Assembly (NCBI RefSeq): GCF_001194135.2
Contig: NC_068996.1
Location: forward strand, 22,092,134-22,156,133
Direction of reading: 5' to 3'
Source of the DNA: Octopus bimaculoides
Taxonomy: Eukaryota
Length of the DNA: 64,000 bases
Position numbers and translations under genes: made by a program. A model generated the notes under the pieces. The model did no database searches, was not told the origin of the DNA, and was given only the letters and a program-made list of their open reading frames with translations. Shown here piece by piece: positions 60,504-64,000 of the stretch; within the stretch, counting starts at the first letter, position 1; each line of letters starts with the position of its first letter.

Positions 60504-62276
60504 TATATTTATTTATGTGTGTGTGAGTAGCCTTGTCTTGACATCTTATGATGTTTGTAAATGGACATCACAGTCACACAAGTGGTGTTTTGGGGGTTTC
60601 CAGTCTTAAGTAAAACAAATTGTCTAACCATGAGGAAATATTACCTCGCTTGGAAACAGGTGAGGGTTGGCAACAGGAAAGGCGTCTAGCGATAGATTAT
60701 TTGCCTCAACAAATTTTGTGTGACCCATACAAACATGGAAAAATGAACATTAAATGATGATATATATAAAATTTATTTATGATATTGAATGAAAGGATTT
60801 TTCCATGTGTGTATTGTCATGATGTCATTGTGAATAATCAGTAAATAGGAGACTTGAAATATATGTGCAGTTATTTTAATTTTAACTAAAGTATTTAAAT
60901 GAAATATAACATTTACTCCTATGACTTTAGTTTCTGTTCTGTTCACTTAAAAGAATATTAATGTGAAAATTACAATAATTGGGTCACATCAACCTATTTT
61001 TTCTTTAGAAAGTGTAAATGATCAAAAGGTGTAACTGAAATTGTTTATTTGGGAAAATAAGATACAAAAATCATTTTAAAGGATAAAAGTAGTAACTATT
61101 ACGATGTAGGTTACATGTTATATACATAAAATCTTTGAGAATAGATATTTAAGAAAAAAAAGAAAATGAGACCTATTAACATATCTTATAATAATAAATG
61201 CAAAATTCTGTCTGTTTGGGACCCCTGTATCTCAGTATACATTTTCTCTACATAGATATATTATACCTTTTTGGAATCGCGATTGAAAATTTGCCTTTCA
61301 TTTGGTCCTTGAACATCCAGCATTGCAATTTAATTTAAAGTGTTTGGGTTACTATTTCTAGCAGGTAAAGCTTGGCTGATTCACACCATCTTGATTGGCA
61401 TTTGTCAGTTTATGTCAGAGATCATGGGGGAGAGATATATGACATTCGCTTCGCTAATTTTACGTAAAGATAAGAACTTTAGGACAAATTGGCCAACAGT
61501 TGGAATTCAACTTGAGACTGGAACAATAGAAAATTAATTTTCATCCATCCTTAACCACTGATCAAACATCAGGGCATTATAGTCATTATAGATATACTAT
61601 AGTCATGCTATTTAGCTGTCTGTAGTTTTGGACCACAGGCTCAATTAGCCTTGCACAGGGGCTAGTTTAAAAATCCACACAGGTTGTGGCTTTTAAGCTA
61701 GCTATACAATATAATGAAGGAGTCTTATTAATATCCATCTGAAATTTCTACAGGTTAATGTCCGCATAAGTAAGTGGTGGCGTGACCTGCTAGAAAAAGC
61801 AGCTAAAATTCTCTCAAATTACACTGCACTGTCTTATTTGAAAGCATTTGTATTTTCCATTCCTTTTTTATTCACATTTAAATGACAAATGACCCCCTTT
61901 ATTTCCTGCAAGTTTATTTTCAGTTAGCATAGCTGTATGCCTTTAATGATAAGTTTGTTCTTCAGTCAAAGCTAACCTGGGGCATGGAAAACTGTTTCTT
62001 GGAGTAGAAGGGCACTATAAGAGTCTTTGTACATTTTGTCATGACTTGCTTTGAATCTCTGAAAGTTTGTTACTGCTCTAGCAATTCAGTGGTGCCACTC
62101 TTATCAAATCAATTCATTACCATGTTCTCAGTTCCATATGGCTTCAGTTTCACTGCACTTCAAGTCGTCCTTATACTGCCCTATTTACCTCTCTGCAAAA
62201 TAGCTTTTGCTGCATCCTGGATTTATACATGCAGATTAGTTGACCTGTCTATATGAGCTGAACCATAAGAAACTTC

Positions 62277-62939
62277 GGATCTTGTTCAAAACGGGGGCAC
62301 CAGTTTTCACTTATGTTTTATGTAGTGTTTTTGGTACCGAAAGACTTTCAAACTTCGTATACTTATCTATTTTGTGTTATAGAACAGAAAATAATTTTTG
62401 TATTCGAATTTATTTCATGTAAAAAATTGTCTTATTTCGATAATTTCAACCAATCACTGACAAGTATTCAGCTGTTTACACCTACACCTTTGGCAGTTTA
62501 AGCGGTGTAAAGCGTATTTAATCTCCCATTACTTCTGACATTTTGCCGAGGCAACACACGTGTGTTCGTTTTCCCTAACCCTAACCCTAATTGACTTGCT
62601 CCTTCCCTCAAAAACCATGCCTTGTGCCTATAATAGAAAGGTTTATTAGTTACTGCCAATATGCTTCAGCCATTTTTTGACAAGGAAATAATAATTTTAT
62701 CACCGCCAGAATCGTTTGTTTACGTAGTCAGCACTTAATGTATACAGCTGAATGGACGTCAGTCATTGGTTGAAATTACAGAAATACGACAACTTTAACA
62801 TGAAATAACTTGCGATGTACGTTTTTTTGTTAAGAAGACTAAGAGAAAAAGATGTTTTATATGACACATTCTACCAGTGTCCCAAGTTTCAAAGTGTTTT
62901 GTTAAGAAAATACTGGTGCCCCCGTTTTGAACAAGATCC
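62277..62939. mobile_element. Non-autonomous DNA transposon with 28-bp TIRs and 8-bp TSD (Merlin-like)
   Basis: GGATCTTGTTCAAAACGGGGGCACCAGT (62277-62304) is inverted at 62912-62939; gaaacttc at 62269-62276 and 62940-62947. Confidence 0.8.
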
Positions 62940-64000
62940 GAAACTTCTCTTAAATACATGTGAAGTTGGCTGTCTCTGGGATGGTCAAGTTGGAGATAGT
63001 CCCACTTGCAAAATTGCGTGATGAATCAGGAAGTTGTTGTGAAAATACTTGAGTCATCTGACATGTTTGTGATACAGTGTAACATGTTTCACACACTTAT
63101 ACAAAATTTCATGGACCATAATAGCATTTGGCAAAGAGGTGAATGTCCATACACTACAGTACTTTAATGCGTAGTTTTTCTAGTGCCTAACCTTCTGGAT
63201 CCTCACCAATATCTCTTTGTTGAATCCATTATTAATACTTAATACTCCCCAGATACCAGAAGCTATCAACATGCTATGTGTTGTCTGCAGTGTTGCAGGG
63301 CTTTGGTGTGTGAACTACTGAAGGACTTCAGTCTTTCCAAAGCTAAATGTCAAACCAAACAGCTTTGATCTGTTTGTCTTGGTATACTCTGAATACAACA
63401 AATAGTGCTGCTATACTTCTATGATGAGCATTTTGGGGAATCTTCATGTGCACTGCAAGGCAACAAAGGTCAAAGGGAGAGACCCCCTTCAGATGGTACC
63501 TTATGCCTAGGCTTGTAACAACAAATAATCTCTGTTGGAGATGTCAAAAATTAATATCTGTTGGTAAACCAAGTTTGTTTACGAACATTAAAGAAAAAAA
63601 TTTACTTGGGTTGAAAACGTTACCAAGGTAGATTTTTTCCCACTTTCTAGAAATTCCTGCGTTTTGTCCGTTCTTCAAGTAATTAGGAAATTGTAATACA
63701 CCATGGTTTGGGGAAAGTAAAAATCCATTTAATAAGGTTCACACATTAGGAGGTGGTTGTATGAAGGGAAGAATCTTGACTACCTGAACGAAGTCCTTTA
63801 TTGACAGCAGCATTGAGAAAATAAGTTAAGCAGATATTCAGTGCTATCATGAATATTTAAAATATTTTTCTCTCCAACAAATAAATTTACTCAAAATGTC
63901 AGGATTCTTGTCTTTCCACAACCTGTGAACTTATCTATTTTGTAAACTTTATTTAAGAAGAAGGAGGTTAGATTAGGGATTATAAGTAAAATAAAATAAT

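Noticed and set aside
62573-62590. (CCCTAA)3 as telomere or interstitial telomeric array
   Set aside because: Only three units, inside a TIR element.
63016-63062. C/D box snoRNA (GTGATGA...CTGA)
   Set aside because: About 45 nt between the boxes is too short and there is no terminal stem.

Overview
AT-rich, repeat-dense animal genomic DNA with six N-gaps. The repeat families suggest an octopod cephalopod, which is my inference. Two protein-coding genes are supportable. (1) An intronless 603-aa KIF1-binding protein gene (KIFBP, - strand, 9168-10979). (2) The first 18 coding exons of TRAPPC11 (+ strand, 22347-58507, 626 codons in one open frame), oriented divergently; its 3' half lies beyond the window. 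One TRAPPC11 intron (41420-41610) has U12-type signals. The rest is tRNA-derived SINEs, RTE, L1/Tx1-like and RLE-type LINE remnants, Tc1/mariner and hAT remnants, MITEs, foldback elements and simple repeats. The most interesting unexplained structure is a 408-bp palindromic element (23961-24368). It has a tRNA-like Pol III head between two inverted arms, each carrying a Penelope-type minimal hammerhead ribozyme. Other leads are a second hammerhead in intron 9, a 35-bp copy of KIFBP coding sequence 3 kb from the gene, a candidate 9-nt microexon, several long intronic hairpins and two template-switch scars. All alignments and folds were done by eye and no database search was run.
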